Of a DNA stretch of 64,000 bases, positions 34,301 to 45,640 are shown one piece after another (positions within the stretch are counted from its first letter, which is position 1; the number at the start of each line of letters is the position of its first letter). The translations under genes and the position numbers were made by a program. Below the pieces are notes generated by a model. The model worked only from the letters and a program-made list of their open reading frames with translations. It did not search any database and was not told the origin of the DNA. The DNA is from Lama guanicoe (taxonomy: Eukaryota). The stretch spans positions 1,187,793 through 1,251,792 of the forward strand of contig MU053493.1 of NCBI GenBank assembly GCA_013239625.1. Direction: 5' to 3'.

Positions 34301-35365
34301 GCTTGTGGGTGACTTTGGGGTTCTCAGCACCTGTGTTCTAAGGATGCCTTTCCCTTCAGCTCTCATTGGCACATGTGTGTAGAAACAGCCCTGCCCCCTG
34401 CACCCTGATACCACTACTCTAGTTGACTGGCAGGTGCCTTACCCGCGCCGGAGCCAACACAGTCCCAGCTGTGGGCTGTGGCTGACCAACCCAAGGAGGG
34501 TCCCTGCAGGGCACAGTGTTCTTTCCTGGTCCCCATGATCATGTGGTGGTGCACCTTCTTTGGAACAGGGTCCAGACAGCCCCACAGCCACACCTCTCTG
34601 CATGTCACTGATCTGTATGCCATGATTTCCCACCTATGAGGTCTGATCAGTCCTCCTTGGGTTTGTCCACCAGAGAAGCATCCTAGAGCCAAATATCGAT
34701 GTTTAAGCATAAAACGACATTTTCCCTCCTCCTTGAGGTCATCATTCTTTTAGAGAACAGCATGCCTCACACACGTAATGAGATGGGATGAGGAGGGAGG
34801 CTGGACCATCTCTGATACCACTGCAGGGTCCCAGGTCAGAGCTCTGGCAATCCTGTGGCTCTGAGCCACATAGCTGCCCACTCCGAGCTCCTGACAGGGA
34901 TCTCTTCCAGACCTCCCCATCCCAGAGAAAGCTGGCTCTACCTTCTTGCTAAAAACTGTCATTCTCAGACCCACTCTGACTCTTCTTCCTTGGGGACAGT
35001 CTCTAAGCCACCCAGGTGGCTATGAGATGAGATGTTAGAGAAAGCAACAGGGCACAGTCCACAGCAATGCACTCACACCAGCATCACCTGTCACCTGCCT
35101 CACAAGTGCCATCCACAGCTCACCACTGCACCCAGAGCCGAGGCGACACCCCCCAGTCTCACAACAAAATCCCTTCCACTCGCTCACCCACCCTCTGTCT
35201 GGAGAACGCACGCAAGAGGAGTTTCTTGTAACAAGATACCCTGTCCAAATTCCAGACCTCTTTGCCCTAAGTGCCCAGGCAAGTTTAGAAAGAAGTATTG
35301 TTGGGGAATAGAGGACTTGCTGAACTAGATAAAAACATTTGTTTTAAATAGTAATAGTAGGTAGC

Positions 35366-35464
35366 GGGTGGGTGTATCTCAGTGGCAGAGCACATCCTTA
35401 GCATGCATGAGGTCCTGGGTTCAATGCCCAGTCCCTCCATTAAAAACAAAAAACAAACAGAAAA
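35366..35464 (+). mobile_element. tRNA-Ala-derived SINE, short form
   Basis: ctcagtggcagagcacatccttagcatgcatgaggtcctgggttcaat, A tail. Confidence 0.88.
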
Positions 35465-35589
35465 GCTGCCAGAGACCAAGACCATGGCTTGGAAAAATAA
35501 ATTACTGATAAAAATGAAATAATTCTAAGCCTTCCGATCTGGGAGGGAAAAAAAGCAGACTATATGAAAATTAGAGCAGTTTTCTATTT

Positions 35590-35850
35590 TACACCAGAAA
35601 TTGATACATCGTAAACTGACTGTACTTCAATAAAAAATAAAATTAAGAAAATAATAATAGTAGCTAATATTTACTGAATGCTTATTTTATACCTAGCTCT
35701 ATTTTGTGTGGCCTGCAAGGTGTATCATTTAATCTTCTGATTTGCCTTTTAGGAAGGGGCTCCATGCCCCATTTTATAGGTGAGGAAACAGGCACAGTAC
35801 AATGATGCTGTTAGTTCGAAGTCACACAGCTAGAATGTGGCTTAAATAGG
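35590..35850. mobile_element. L1 extreme 3' tail (+, 35590-35650) abutting a MIR (-, 35655-35850)
   Basis: acaccagaaattgatacatcgtaaactgactgtacttcaataaaaa; then aataatagtagctaatatttactgaatgc...cccattttataggtgaggaaacaggcacag. Confidence 0.75.
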
Positions 35851-35865
35851 ACTGGCTTTGGAGGT

Positions 35866-36045
35866 GGGGAGGGTATAGCTCAGTGGTAGAGTGTGTTCCT
35901 AGCATGCACAAAGTCCTGGGCTCAATCCCCAGTCCCTCCATTAAAAATAAATAAATAAAAACCTAATTACTTCCTCCCTCCAAAAATAAAAAAATTAAAA
36001 AACTGTGAAATTATTTTTAAAAAAAGCTCAAAAAAGAAAAAAAAA
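35866..36045 (+). mobile_element. tRNA-Ala-derived SINE (outer copy of a tandem pair)
   Basis: Full head, aaacctaattacttcc, long A tail. Confidence 0.92.
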
Positions 36046-36173
36046 GGAAGAGTATAGCTCAGTGGTAGCAGGCGTGCTTAGCATGCATGAGGTCGTGGGT
36101 TCAATCCCCAGTGCCTCCATTATAATTAGTAAATAAATGAACCTAATTACTTCCCCCTCAAAAAGAAAAAAAA
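36046..36173 (+). mobile_element. tRNA-Ala-derived SINE inserted in the tail of the preceding copy
   Basis: Full head and tail; aaaaagaaaaaaaa on both sides. Confidence 0.9.
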
Positions 36174-36305
36174 TTAAATAGGGGCTATCAATATATATGT
36201 AAAGTAGGAGCTAGTCTGAATATTAAGTACCTACATGTACATTATTAGAAGTGGAGAAAACAACAGGAAATCTCATGGGGCCAGCTAAATTGATGTCTAA
36301 ATTGC

Positions 36306-36636
36306 TTTTTTATTTTTTTATTTTAATTATTTTCTTATTTTTTAATTGAAGTATAGTCAATTTATAATGTTTGTGTTCTTTGGACCAAGAGATTTTTACT
36401 CTAAGTGAAGGAAGCCAGAAAGAGAAAGAAAAATACCATATAATATCACTCATATGTGAAATCTAAAAAAAAAAGAAAATGACACAAATCAACTTATTTA
36501 CAAAACAGAAACAGTCTCACACACATAGAAAACAAACTTATGGTTACCAGGGGGAAGCGGGTGGGGAGGGATAAATCGGGAGTTTGGGATTTGCAGATAC
36601 TCACTACTGTGTATAAAATAGATAAACAACATGGTT
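36306..36636 (-). mobile_element. 5'-inverted (twin-primed) L1 3' fragment
   Basis: Minus-strand polyT and terminus (36306-36377) joined to a plus-strand segment tggaccaagag...aacaacatggt (36381-36636). Confidence 0.85.
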
Positions 36637-37781
36637 GCTCTATTTTTAAGTGAATCCACGTAGCAGAGGGGCAGATAATGCAGAGTCTTTTAATTACAGC
36701 TGCAGTGACCTGCCTGCTTCTTCCACTGTCATTATTTAATCGAGCCAGTCTGTCTCTTTCCCATCTGACAATGGGACTCTCCCTGAAGGAGGGGTAGATC
36801 ACGGCATGTTATGTGCTCCGTCCCAGGCCTCTGGGCTGCACTCGGAGTACATCAGAGGCCTTTCCTGAAAGTGGGCAGGCATGTGACTCCCCGTCTCTGG
36901 CAGGTTCCCTTAGTAACTCTCTTGCAGGGTTGGCAGGAACCTTGGAGAACATGAATCCCAAACTCCCTTTGACCGGAAGACAGACCTGGAGTGGCCAGGC
37001 CCTTCTCACTTGTGTCACTGTGCTGTAGTCCCTCCCCTCCCCTGCCCCCGCCCTCTGCGTCCGTCTCACTCACTCACGTGGGCCTCCACTGTGTCTAGGA
37101 AGAGGGCTCTGGTGACCAGAGATTGACAGTGACAATCCAGTTTCATGTTCAGAAAGTTTCACCAGGCCCCAACATGGGTGCTGAAAAAGATGTGACAGTA
37201 TGTGTACATTGTTTCAGACCCAGACAGACATCTGTCTCAACACACAGGGTCAGGGCCAGGAACAGATTTCTTCTCTCCCTGCTTCTTAATGGTAAGTGAT
37301 GGGATGCAGAAACCACACATTTTTTTTTTCCTGTGTGACAAGTGCTATTCATATGAAGTGATTTGCTTTATTGCACCCATGAGATTATTCTAATACTAGG
37401 TTTGCTTCCCAGGCAGCCTCTCAGAATGTGGATCAAATGCATAGGTTGTCCTGCTGCCTTGGAGGGGAAGTTTAAATCAGTGAAGCAGACTTTGCATGTT
37501 GCAGCAATGCCCTGTGACAACCCCTGATGGGAGTTTCAATTCCGAGATCCCGGCCAGGTTTGGGTTCAAGGTCACAGGTCCCCAAAAGAAAGAGACATAG
37601 AACCTCTGGGGGATGAAGCTCTGGCCTCTGGGCTCAGCTGTGCCTGTGGCTCCAGAAGGCACAGTGTTAGACCTCGGCAGTGAATGTGAGGGAGATTTAC
37701 AAAGGGAGGACAGACTTACTTTCAAAATGACTCAGACTTCCCTGTGGAAATGAACTGTTTAGATGTAATCAAAGTTCTTAA

Positions 37782-37896
37782 GGAGGGAAGGTATAGCTCA
37801 GTGGTAGAGTGTGTGCTTAGCTTAGTTCAATCCCCAGTCCCTCTGTTAAAAAATAAATAAATAAACCTAGTTACCTACCGCCCCAAAAAAGATAAA
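37782..37896 (+). mobile_element. tRNA-Ala-derived SINE with internal deletion
   Basis: gcttagc joined almost directly to gttcaatcccc (3' anticodon arm and variable loop missing); aaacctagttacc tail. Confidence 0.88.
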
Positions 37897-37899
37897 CAG

Positions 37900-38170
37900 T
37901 CAGTTGCAAAAGAAAAAAATTGAATTTTCTTTTTATTCTCACCATGGAAAATATTACAAAATTGCTGTCAAATGAAGCAATCTGAGAATATTCAGTCAAG
38001 AAATTTAGAAGAAAAAAGTATCAAAGGTGTATGTCTGGCAGTTAATTAACAAAAATATTGTGTTATTTTTCTGGATTATTTTTACGTCTGTGGTGTTTTT
38101 CAGCTTTTTAAAATTTATCATTTCTTGGGATTTCTTTTTTAGTCTAAACAAATGTCCTCTTGCACATCTA
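37900..38170 (+). mobile_element. hAT-Tip100 Zaphod-like 3' fragment
   Basis: gaaaatattacaaaattgctgtcaaatgaag...ggcagttaattaacaaaaatattgtgttatttttctggatt...cagctttttaaaattt matches my recollection of Zaphod. Confidence 0.7.
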
Positions 38171-38839
38171 AAAAACAGTTCCTAAAATATATATTTTTAA
38201 AATTTTTCACCAAGTAGATTTTACCCGTTTGATACAGCTTTTTTCCCAAGTGTCCCTGTCCGTGTCTTATGGTGCTGAAATGTTGCCTTTTTACTGCAAA
38301 AACTCATGTCCACGGTAATCTACATTTCAAAGGTCATTTTTAAAATTACGAGACTGAATAGTGAAGTCTGGGGGATGGAGTGGGGAGGGAAAGGGCAGGG
38401 AAAGAAAGGAGCACGCCACTCCCACATTTATGTGTGTGGGACATACGTACGTACATCTTGTTTCTTTGTTTTTTCAAAGAACTTGTTTCCTCTTCCCGTC
38501 ACGACCCCCCACTCCCCGCCCACTGCGGAGAGGGGTCCTCCTGGGGTGAGGGGTAGACCCAGCGTCCAGCTGCCTCCTAGCAGGTGGAACGCTGCCCCTT
38601 GGTTGGGGGTGCACTGTGTGTGGTTCTGTTGCACTTTCAACTGGAATATGCACATATTTTGTCAGGTGGAAGAAATGTTGCCCTTTGGTCCCATTTTTCT
38701 TTCTTTTTGAAATATCATTTGCAGCAAGCGGCTTTGGTATTCCTGGTCCTTCCCATCACCCTGGAGAGTCTGTGAACAGAACTCCTGGAGCTCCGCCCAG
38801 GATCCTTAGCAGACAGGGCCCAGACTGTCCCCCAGCTCC

Positions 38840-39752
38840 TGTGGTGTAGAACTCGGACCACAGCCCTTCTCTCTCTGCACATTCTTGGGCTGCTGTCTTT
38901 AGACTTAATATCAAATCCTTCTGCTGTTTCCATGGTGCCGATGGCTCAGCCAGGTCCATCCCTCCAGTCCAGGCCACAGACTGGGGAGGGCTTTCTTGTC
39001 TCTTTCTCCTGCCCCCTTCCCTTCTTGCTTCTCACTCCTACCTGCTTCACCCTCCTTTGTCCATCCCTCTTCTCACCTCCCTCTGCTGGCAGAGCCCTGG
39101 TTCTGAACCCTGCAGCATCCTCTGACCAGGCTCCTGCCTTTGCCTTCTTTGCATAGCGTGGTGCTCTGTACACAGAGTGGCCCAGAGCCCATCTGCTTAA
39201 CCCCTTTAGGCAGAACTCATCCCCCAACCTGCCCTCCAGCCCGCGTACTCCAGGGCCCACTGTGAGGTCTTGCTCAGTGTGCATCTGGGGTGGAGGTCCC
39301 TGCCTGGCTGTCTACTGACCCCAGCCTGGTGGCACTAGGGCACTCACCCTGGAACCCGGTTAACCGGCACGGTCTCCACGTGTGCTGCCCTGCCCTGTGC
39401 AGTGCTCCCAGCCCGGCCTCCTGCATGGAGGGCAGGTTAGGGGGCCTCCCTCCAACACCTGGCCATGCTGGCTGCCAACTTGAGCCCAGACACTGACAAC
39501 CCTGCAGTGCCTCCAGGGTCCACAAGAGTATCCTGATACCCCAGTAGGCAGGGGTCACATTTAATCTGGTTCAGCCTTAACCTTTTGAGTCACCTTGAAC
39601 CCATGGGAATACCAGCCAGTGGGAGGATGCATAGACTGTGGTGAGAACTTAGACCACAACATCTCTCTCTGTGTGCACATTCTTGGGCTGCTGTCCTTAG
39701 GCTGAGTGTCTGCTCCTTCTGTCACTTCCATGGTGCTGATGACTCAGCCAGG
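38840..39752 (+). repeat. Imperfect ~115-bp direct repeat (38840-38954 and 39637-39752)
   Basis: Shared tgtggtg.agaact..gaccaca, tgcacattcttgggctgctgtc, ttccatggtgc.gatg.ctcagccagg. Confidence 0.9.
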
Positions 39753-39761
39753 GGACATCTC

Positions 39762-40107
39762 AGTGTCCCCCGCAAATTCATACACTGAAAACCTACCCTG
39801 CAGTAGTATAGTATTGCGGGGGGGGGGGGCTTTAGGAAATAAAGTAGGTCATGTGGGTGGAGCCCTCATGAATGGGGTTAGTGCCCTTACAAAAGGGACC
39901 CCAGGAAAGCTCCCTCCCCACTTCCATCATGTGAAGACCCAGAGAGAAGCCACAGTCCATGAACCAGGGAGCTCTCGCCAGACACCAGATCTGACAGCAC
40001 CTTGACCTTGGACTTCCCAGCCTCCAGAACAGTGAGAAGTGAACGGCTGCTGTTTCTAAGCCACCCAGTTGATAGTGTTGTTACAACAGCCCAGATGGAC
40101 TGAGACA
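39762..40107 (+). mobile_element. MaLR LTR (MLT1A0-like), 5' end eroded
   Basis: gtgtcccccgcaaattcata...ggtggagccctcatgaatgggg...ttggacttcccagcctccagaac...gactgagaca. Confidence 0.9.
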
Positions 40108-40675
40108 AGGGGTCAGGTGGCTTTATAACAAGATGCTTCATTTCACGAAAGGGTTCGTGGCAGGAACCTATTAAGCAGCAAGCTTCCCCAGTATACACGT
40201 AAAGCCCAATTTCATTTGCTAGAAAATTAAATGATCGCTTTTAAGGACAGTGGGATAGTAAGGGCTCAGCTCTGGGATCGCACGTCCTCTGAAGGACTCT
40301 TCAGTGCCCGCAGACCTCGGCAGACACATCGCTTTGCAAAGCTATTCGGTCCATAAGGGATGCAATGCTTTTTTCCCCTCGGTGGTCCTAGGTTTTATGG
40401 GTGTTTGAGTTTAATCTGGTTGTCATTTTGGTAGAGCAAGGCAGGTCTCCACTGACAATGGCACTCCCACTGTCCTCACCCCATGTGGCGGGAGGACATC
40501 CACGCTCGAGAATCGGGAACGTTCTGTACTTCGACAAGAGACTTTTCCTACATTCCAGCAAGGATCAGTCTCTAAAGGTCTTCCCCTTTCTTGGCCAATT
40601 TCTCCCTGTGAGGTTGAACCAGATTTTATCTGAAGGTCCCTCCATTGGATTCCTGCTTCTCCAGATCGGATGGGC

Positions 40676-41329
40676 TGTGACTGCGGAGTTCTGGCACTGA
40701 CCTCCCAGAGTCAGCCCAGACCTCACAAGTTCAGAGCGTGGCCCCAAGCATCCTGCCTCACTTCCGGCACCCAGCACAAATTCCACAGTCCCCAGGCCAC
40801 CTGGACTTCTGACCAACTGCCGCAAATTACAGTTTCATTATAAAGGTACAGATCAGGACTAGCCAAAGAATGGGACACACAAGGTGGGATCTGGAAGCCT
40901 CCTGGTCCTCTCCCTGTGGAGTCAGGGCATCGAACCCACCTGGTACAGATGTGATCACCTACCAGGGAGCTTGCCCAAGCCATGGGGTTCAGGGTTTTTA
41001 TTGGGGTTTCATGATGGAAGCAGGATTGGTTGAATCACTGGCCATGTGGAACTCAGTCTGCAGCCCCAGTTCCCTCCCTGGATATTGGGAGGTTAGGCTG
41101 ATAACACTTGGCTCAAAGCCCCAACCCTCTAATCACTAATCACATGGCTGGTCCTTGTGGCCTGCCAGCCCCTATCCCGAGTCATCTCATTAGCATAAAT
41201 GTAGGTGTGACCTAAGGGACCCCCATGCCTGACAAAGGCACTCCTGTCACTCAGGAAATCCCACGGATTTGTAGGCTACCTCTCAGGAACCAGGTACAAA
41301 GACCAGAAAGTTTTTTTTACCACACAACA
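40676..41329 (-). mobile_element. MER21-like LTR
   Basis: ttctggcactgacc...acttctgaccaactg...cagggtttttattggggtttcat...aaagccccaaccctctaatcac...tcattagcataaa...cactcaggaaatccc. Confidence 0.8.
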
Positions 41330-41369
41330 AGTTCATTAGAAGTTAGCAAATATGCTGTGGTTACTGGTT

Positions 41370-41550
41370 TAGATTCTACAATCAGACTGGAAGATTTGAA
41401 ACCCAGTTTCACACCAGCTGTGTGACCTTGGGCAAGTCACTGAACCTTTCAGAACCTCACCTTCCTCATCTGTAAAATGGGGATGATGATACTTCACTTA
41501 CCTCATAGGATGGTAGAGGCAATGAAATAAAATAATGTGTGTTAAGTGTT
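41370..41550 (+). mobile_element. MIR
   Basis: ccagctgtgtgaccttgggcaagtcactgaacc...ttcctcatctgtaaaatggggatgat. Confidence 0.9.
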
Positions 41551-41931
41551 TTTAACAGTTTTTCACAAATAATACACCTTCAATTGTTACTTGTCACTCT
41601 GTTTATAAAGAAATGCCATCAGGGTCATAAAATATTATCTAGACACAAAACCTAACTTTAAAATGTTGATTTTCTTAAGCTGTGGCTTTATACATCAAAA
41701 ATCAATTGATGATTTATCCCTAGTCAGCAAAGTTCAAGTGAGTCAAAATGATATTAAATGCGTGATATACTTCCCTACCTTGAAAGTATTCATTTGTCTG
41801 TCCACTGAAGTTTTACTGGACCTGCTCCTCACTGGCAGCTGTGACCAGAGGTGGGGCCGTTGCTGTGGGCAGTCTTGCCCCTGCCCTCAGGAGAACCTTC
41901 TCAGCCCCAGGACAGAACTAAGCCATAGGAA

Positions 41932-42250
41932 TGTCTTAGTTCTGGCTGTTATAACAAAGTGCCATCAACTGGGTGGCTTACAACAACAGAAATCTATTTC
42001 TCACGGTTCTGGAGGCTGGAAGCTCAAGATCAGGATCCAGCAGGGTCAGGTTCTGGTGAGGGCTCTCTTCCTGGGTTGCAGACGGCCATCTTCGCATATC
42101 CTCACGTGATGGAAGGGACAGGGGAGCTCCCTGGGGTCTCTTATACAGTCACTAACCCCACTCAAAGCCCCCACCTCCTGGTACCATCCCATCGGGGGTA
42201 GGATTTCAGTATATGAATTTGAGGGGGACATAAGCACCCAGACCATAATA
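41932..42250 (-). mobile_element. MaLR solo LTR (MLT1A0-like)
   Basis: tgtcttagt...ttctggaggctggaag...cagaccataata; TSD aggaa/aggag. Confidence 0.9.
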
Positions 42251-42999
42251 AGGAGCGAGGGACTGTGGGGAACAGAGGTAGCTGGTCATTCATCCTTGTT
42301 CCTGGATGCTGTCTCTGCCCATCAGCAAGGTCAGTGGATCCCTGACATCAGCTCAAGGCAGGTGGTTCCGGGCAACCCCCTGGGGCCTGGAATCCATTCA
42401 GTAGATCCTAGCCAGCCTATTTTTTAATGACATAGAATGAAAAATTGATGTACCTTAAAGGGTATCTAGGGTAATTTGGGGTTCATACGTAAATGCCCTG
42501 GCCCTGATGTAAAATGCATGTCTTTCAGTTGTGTGAACTGAAAAGTGTGAAAAGCACTGAGCTCCAAGGCGAATGGCTGCCACTTCTCACCAGGTGGCTG
42601 TGGAGCCTCGGGGGAAGGACAGGGCTCTGAGAGGGCCTCGGGTCCTGAGCCGAGGGGGCGGGAGGCCAGCACTGCTCACAGCCTGGTGCTCTCCCAGAAG
42701 CTCAGAAGGCCGGCTCGTGTGGCCAGAGCCAGCCTCAGCTAGGTGGCCGGGGCAGCCCTACCCGTGGGAGCAGCTGGGGCGTCAGGGTCTCCAGACACAC
42801 AGCTGGCTCCCAGACCCCCAACCCCCAGACTCTGACAGCCACCGGCCAGGAGGCCCGGGTTGGGGTTTCAGGGGCTCGGGTGTCCTCCCCACTGGCCTGG
42901 ACACCAATGCCTAGGAGCTGCCAGCCATCGGCGGGGAAGGGGAGCAGAGTGAGAGCTGTGTGTCTGCAGGGGCATGGTTCCAGCACATTCCAGAGCCAT

Positions 43000-43037
43000 G
43001 AGAGAGAGGGAGAGACAGAGAGAGAGAGAGAGAGAGA
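43000..43037. repeat. Imperfect (GA)n
   Basis: Directly visible. Confidence 0.9.
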
Positions 43038-43150
43038 TCTGGTGTGTGCCTCTCTGTGTACGTACAGGCGTGCATTTGATCTTTAAATTTCCAAACCTGC
43101 CCAGTTTGCCGGGACACTTATCCCATGTGAAGTCTGCATCCTGTGGGTGA

Positions 43151-43662
43151 TGTTGATGAAAATAATCCATAAACAATCAATAGGAAGAAGAGAAAAGAGT
43201 TTTATTTGAGCCAAATGGAGGACCAGCCCAGAAGCCCGCTTCCCAGATGGCTCTGAGAAACTGCTTGGGAGAGGCAGGGTTCTAGCCCAGTTTTATGTCT
43301 TGTCAGAACAGAGAACATTAAACAAGTCAGGGATACATTTCTTCAAGGTTGTTAAAAACAAAACAGCCCAGCACGTGCACGTCCAGTACATACAGTATGG
43401 CCCTGGCCCCTGGGACAGGAGTCATCATCCAAGGAGGACCAGCACTGGTGTCCCGGGAAGACGGGCATTTAATCTTTATTTTTAACATGGACATCCTTTA
43501 CTTCTGGTCAGTGTGCCCTTTTCTTTAATATTGAAAGCAGGTGTACAATGCATGTTTGATAAGCCACAAACAGGCCATGCAGTGAGCATCAAATTCAAGT
43601 TAACTCATGTATAAGCCAGAATGACTTCTCTGTATCCTAAGATGTGAAAATTGCTTTTATTG
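43151..43662 (-). mobile_element. Solo LTR, ERV1-like
   Basis: Starts tgttgatg; ttttatttgagccaaa polyA region; perfect 4-bp TSD gtga (43147-43150 / 43663-43666). Confidence 0.8.
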
Positions 43663-44229
43663 GTGACTTTACCCCTAAAGTTCTACGCTGCACTCAGCCC
43701 TTCTGCAGCACTCCCTACCAAGCCCGAGGGGTTAGGAAGAAGGTTCATGGCCACCCACCCACACTCCTTGGAGGTGCTGTCGGGAAGAAGCTGGAGCCAC
43801 GCCAGGCGGGTGCAGGCTGGAGCTCCGAGGCGGTGCATGTCTGTGAGCACTCAGGTGTGCATCTTCCCTGGAATAATCTTCCATTGATTTTTTTAAAATT
43901 TGTCTTTACCTCAGGTATGAATTGTGTGACTTCCAGACTGCAATTAAGCTTTTCCTTCACTGCAGCTGGAATCAGACAACTCAACTGCGGAATCAAGGCA
44001 CTCTCAGGGGTGCGGTTTGGGTTTCTAAGACCCAGACATCCTTGTTCAGCCCCAGCTTCAGCTAGTTCTGATACTGACCTCTGGAGGGACACACTGACGT
44101 TCTTCTCTTTCTCGCTCCCTGTCCCTAGCACATTGCCCATTTCTAAGCAAGTCTTTGTCTCCCTGCCCTAAAGGCCCACTCATTAGGATGGAGTTTTTTT
44201 AAAAAAATAGTGTATTCTCTGCAAAAGAT

Positions 44230-44774
44230 TGTTACCAAGTCCAAACTCATTCTGCCCACTGCACAGCAGGCCAATAAATCAGGAGAGGAGATACTGGGAC
44301 AAAGAATAATGACTTTTTTTGGAAAGCCAGCAGACCGAGAAGATGGGGGAATAATGTCCTGGAAAACCATCCTCCCCAAATCAGAATTCAGGCTTCTTTT
44401 ATACTAAAAAAAAAAAAAAAGGAGGAAGTGTGCTTGGTTGTTGCAAACTTCTTGGTGTCGTAATTCTTTGTTCTTGGAATCCTTTGTTCTTGCAGCTGTC
44501 CACGTGGATCAGTTCATGGTGTCCCTGTAAACCTCCAACAAAACAAACTTTATTTTCTATTCTGCAATTTGTTATCTTGATATGTATGGAAAACTATTAA
44601 TATCCTTAAAGATCAGGGCCTTGAGAACAGGCTCTCCTGTGTATTTCAGGCTACAGGCAACATTCTTTTACAAAAGGTGCAGAGCCGGCAAGACTAAGCA
44701 CGGGAAACAGGGCACAGGGTTAGAGCTAAAGGAACAGATCTAATATGGAGTCAGATTTGTTCTTTTCTGTTACA
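44230..44774 (-). mobile_element. Solo LTR, ERV1-like; same family as 53490-54021
   Basis: tgttacc...tgttaca; perfect TSD agat/agat; minus-strand TATA (cttttata). Confidence 0.92.
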
Positions 44775-44824
44775 AGATCACATTTCGTTGCTTTAAAAAA
44801 AAATCCATTTTCAAATAAAAGTTC

Positions 44825-45198
44825 CCCCTCCCAGATATCTGCACAGCTAACCCCTCATCTTCTCCAAGCATTTGCACACTTTTGTCACCTTCTCAGTGAG
44901 GCTGTTTGATTTTACACCCTCCTCTCCCATGCCACCCCCTCCTCCCGAGCACCCCAGATCCTCTGTTTTATTCACAGCAATTACAGACTCATATCGCTTG
45001 TTTAATGGACTTACTATTTTTTATAACAAACTCATAATCTCTTCTTCAGTTGACATTTTTGATACCAATTGTTCGTTCTTTGTCTGTCTCACCTACTGGA
45101 ATGTAACACCCCCAGGGCAGGGATTTTTGTCCGTTCATTCATGTGCCCTCAGCACCTAAAATAATTCCTGTTACATGATTATTTGTAGAATGAATGAA
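44825..45198 (+). mobile_element. L2a 3' end
   Basis: ccagatatctgcacagc...tcaccttctcagtgagg...ggaatgtaa...agggcagggatttttgtc...gaatgaatgaa. Confidence 0.82.
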
Positions 45199-45220
45199 AT
45201 AACAGGATCTTTGTTATTTT

Positions 45221-45640
45221 CTTTTTTTTATTGAAGTCTAGTCAGTTTACAGTGCTGTCAATTTCTGGTGTACAGCATCATGTTTCAGTCATATATATAC
45301 ATATATATATATATTCCTTTTCATATTCTTTTTCATTATAGGTGACTACAAGATATTGAACACTGTTCCCTGTGCTATACAGAAGCAACTTGTTGTTTAA
45401 CTGTTTTATATATAGTAGTTAGTGTCTGCAAATCTTGAACTCCCAGTTTTTCCCTTCCCACGCCCTTTATCCCCTGGTGATCATAAGTTTGTTTTCTATG
45501 TCTGTGAGTCTGTTTCTGTTTTGTGAGTAAGTTCATTTGTGTCATTTTTTTTTTTTTAGATTCCACGTATGAATGATGTCTTATGGAATTTTTTTTAATC
45601 TTTCTGGCTTACTTCACTTAGAATAACGACTTCCAGGTGC
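45221..45640 (-). mobile_element. 5'-truncated young L1 3' end with 19-bp TSD
   Basis: TSD acaggatctttgttatttt (45202-45220) / acagaatctttgttgtttt (45641-45659). Confidence 0.95.
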
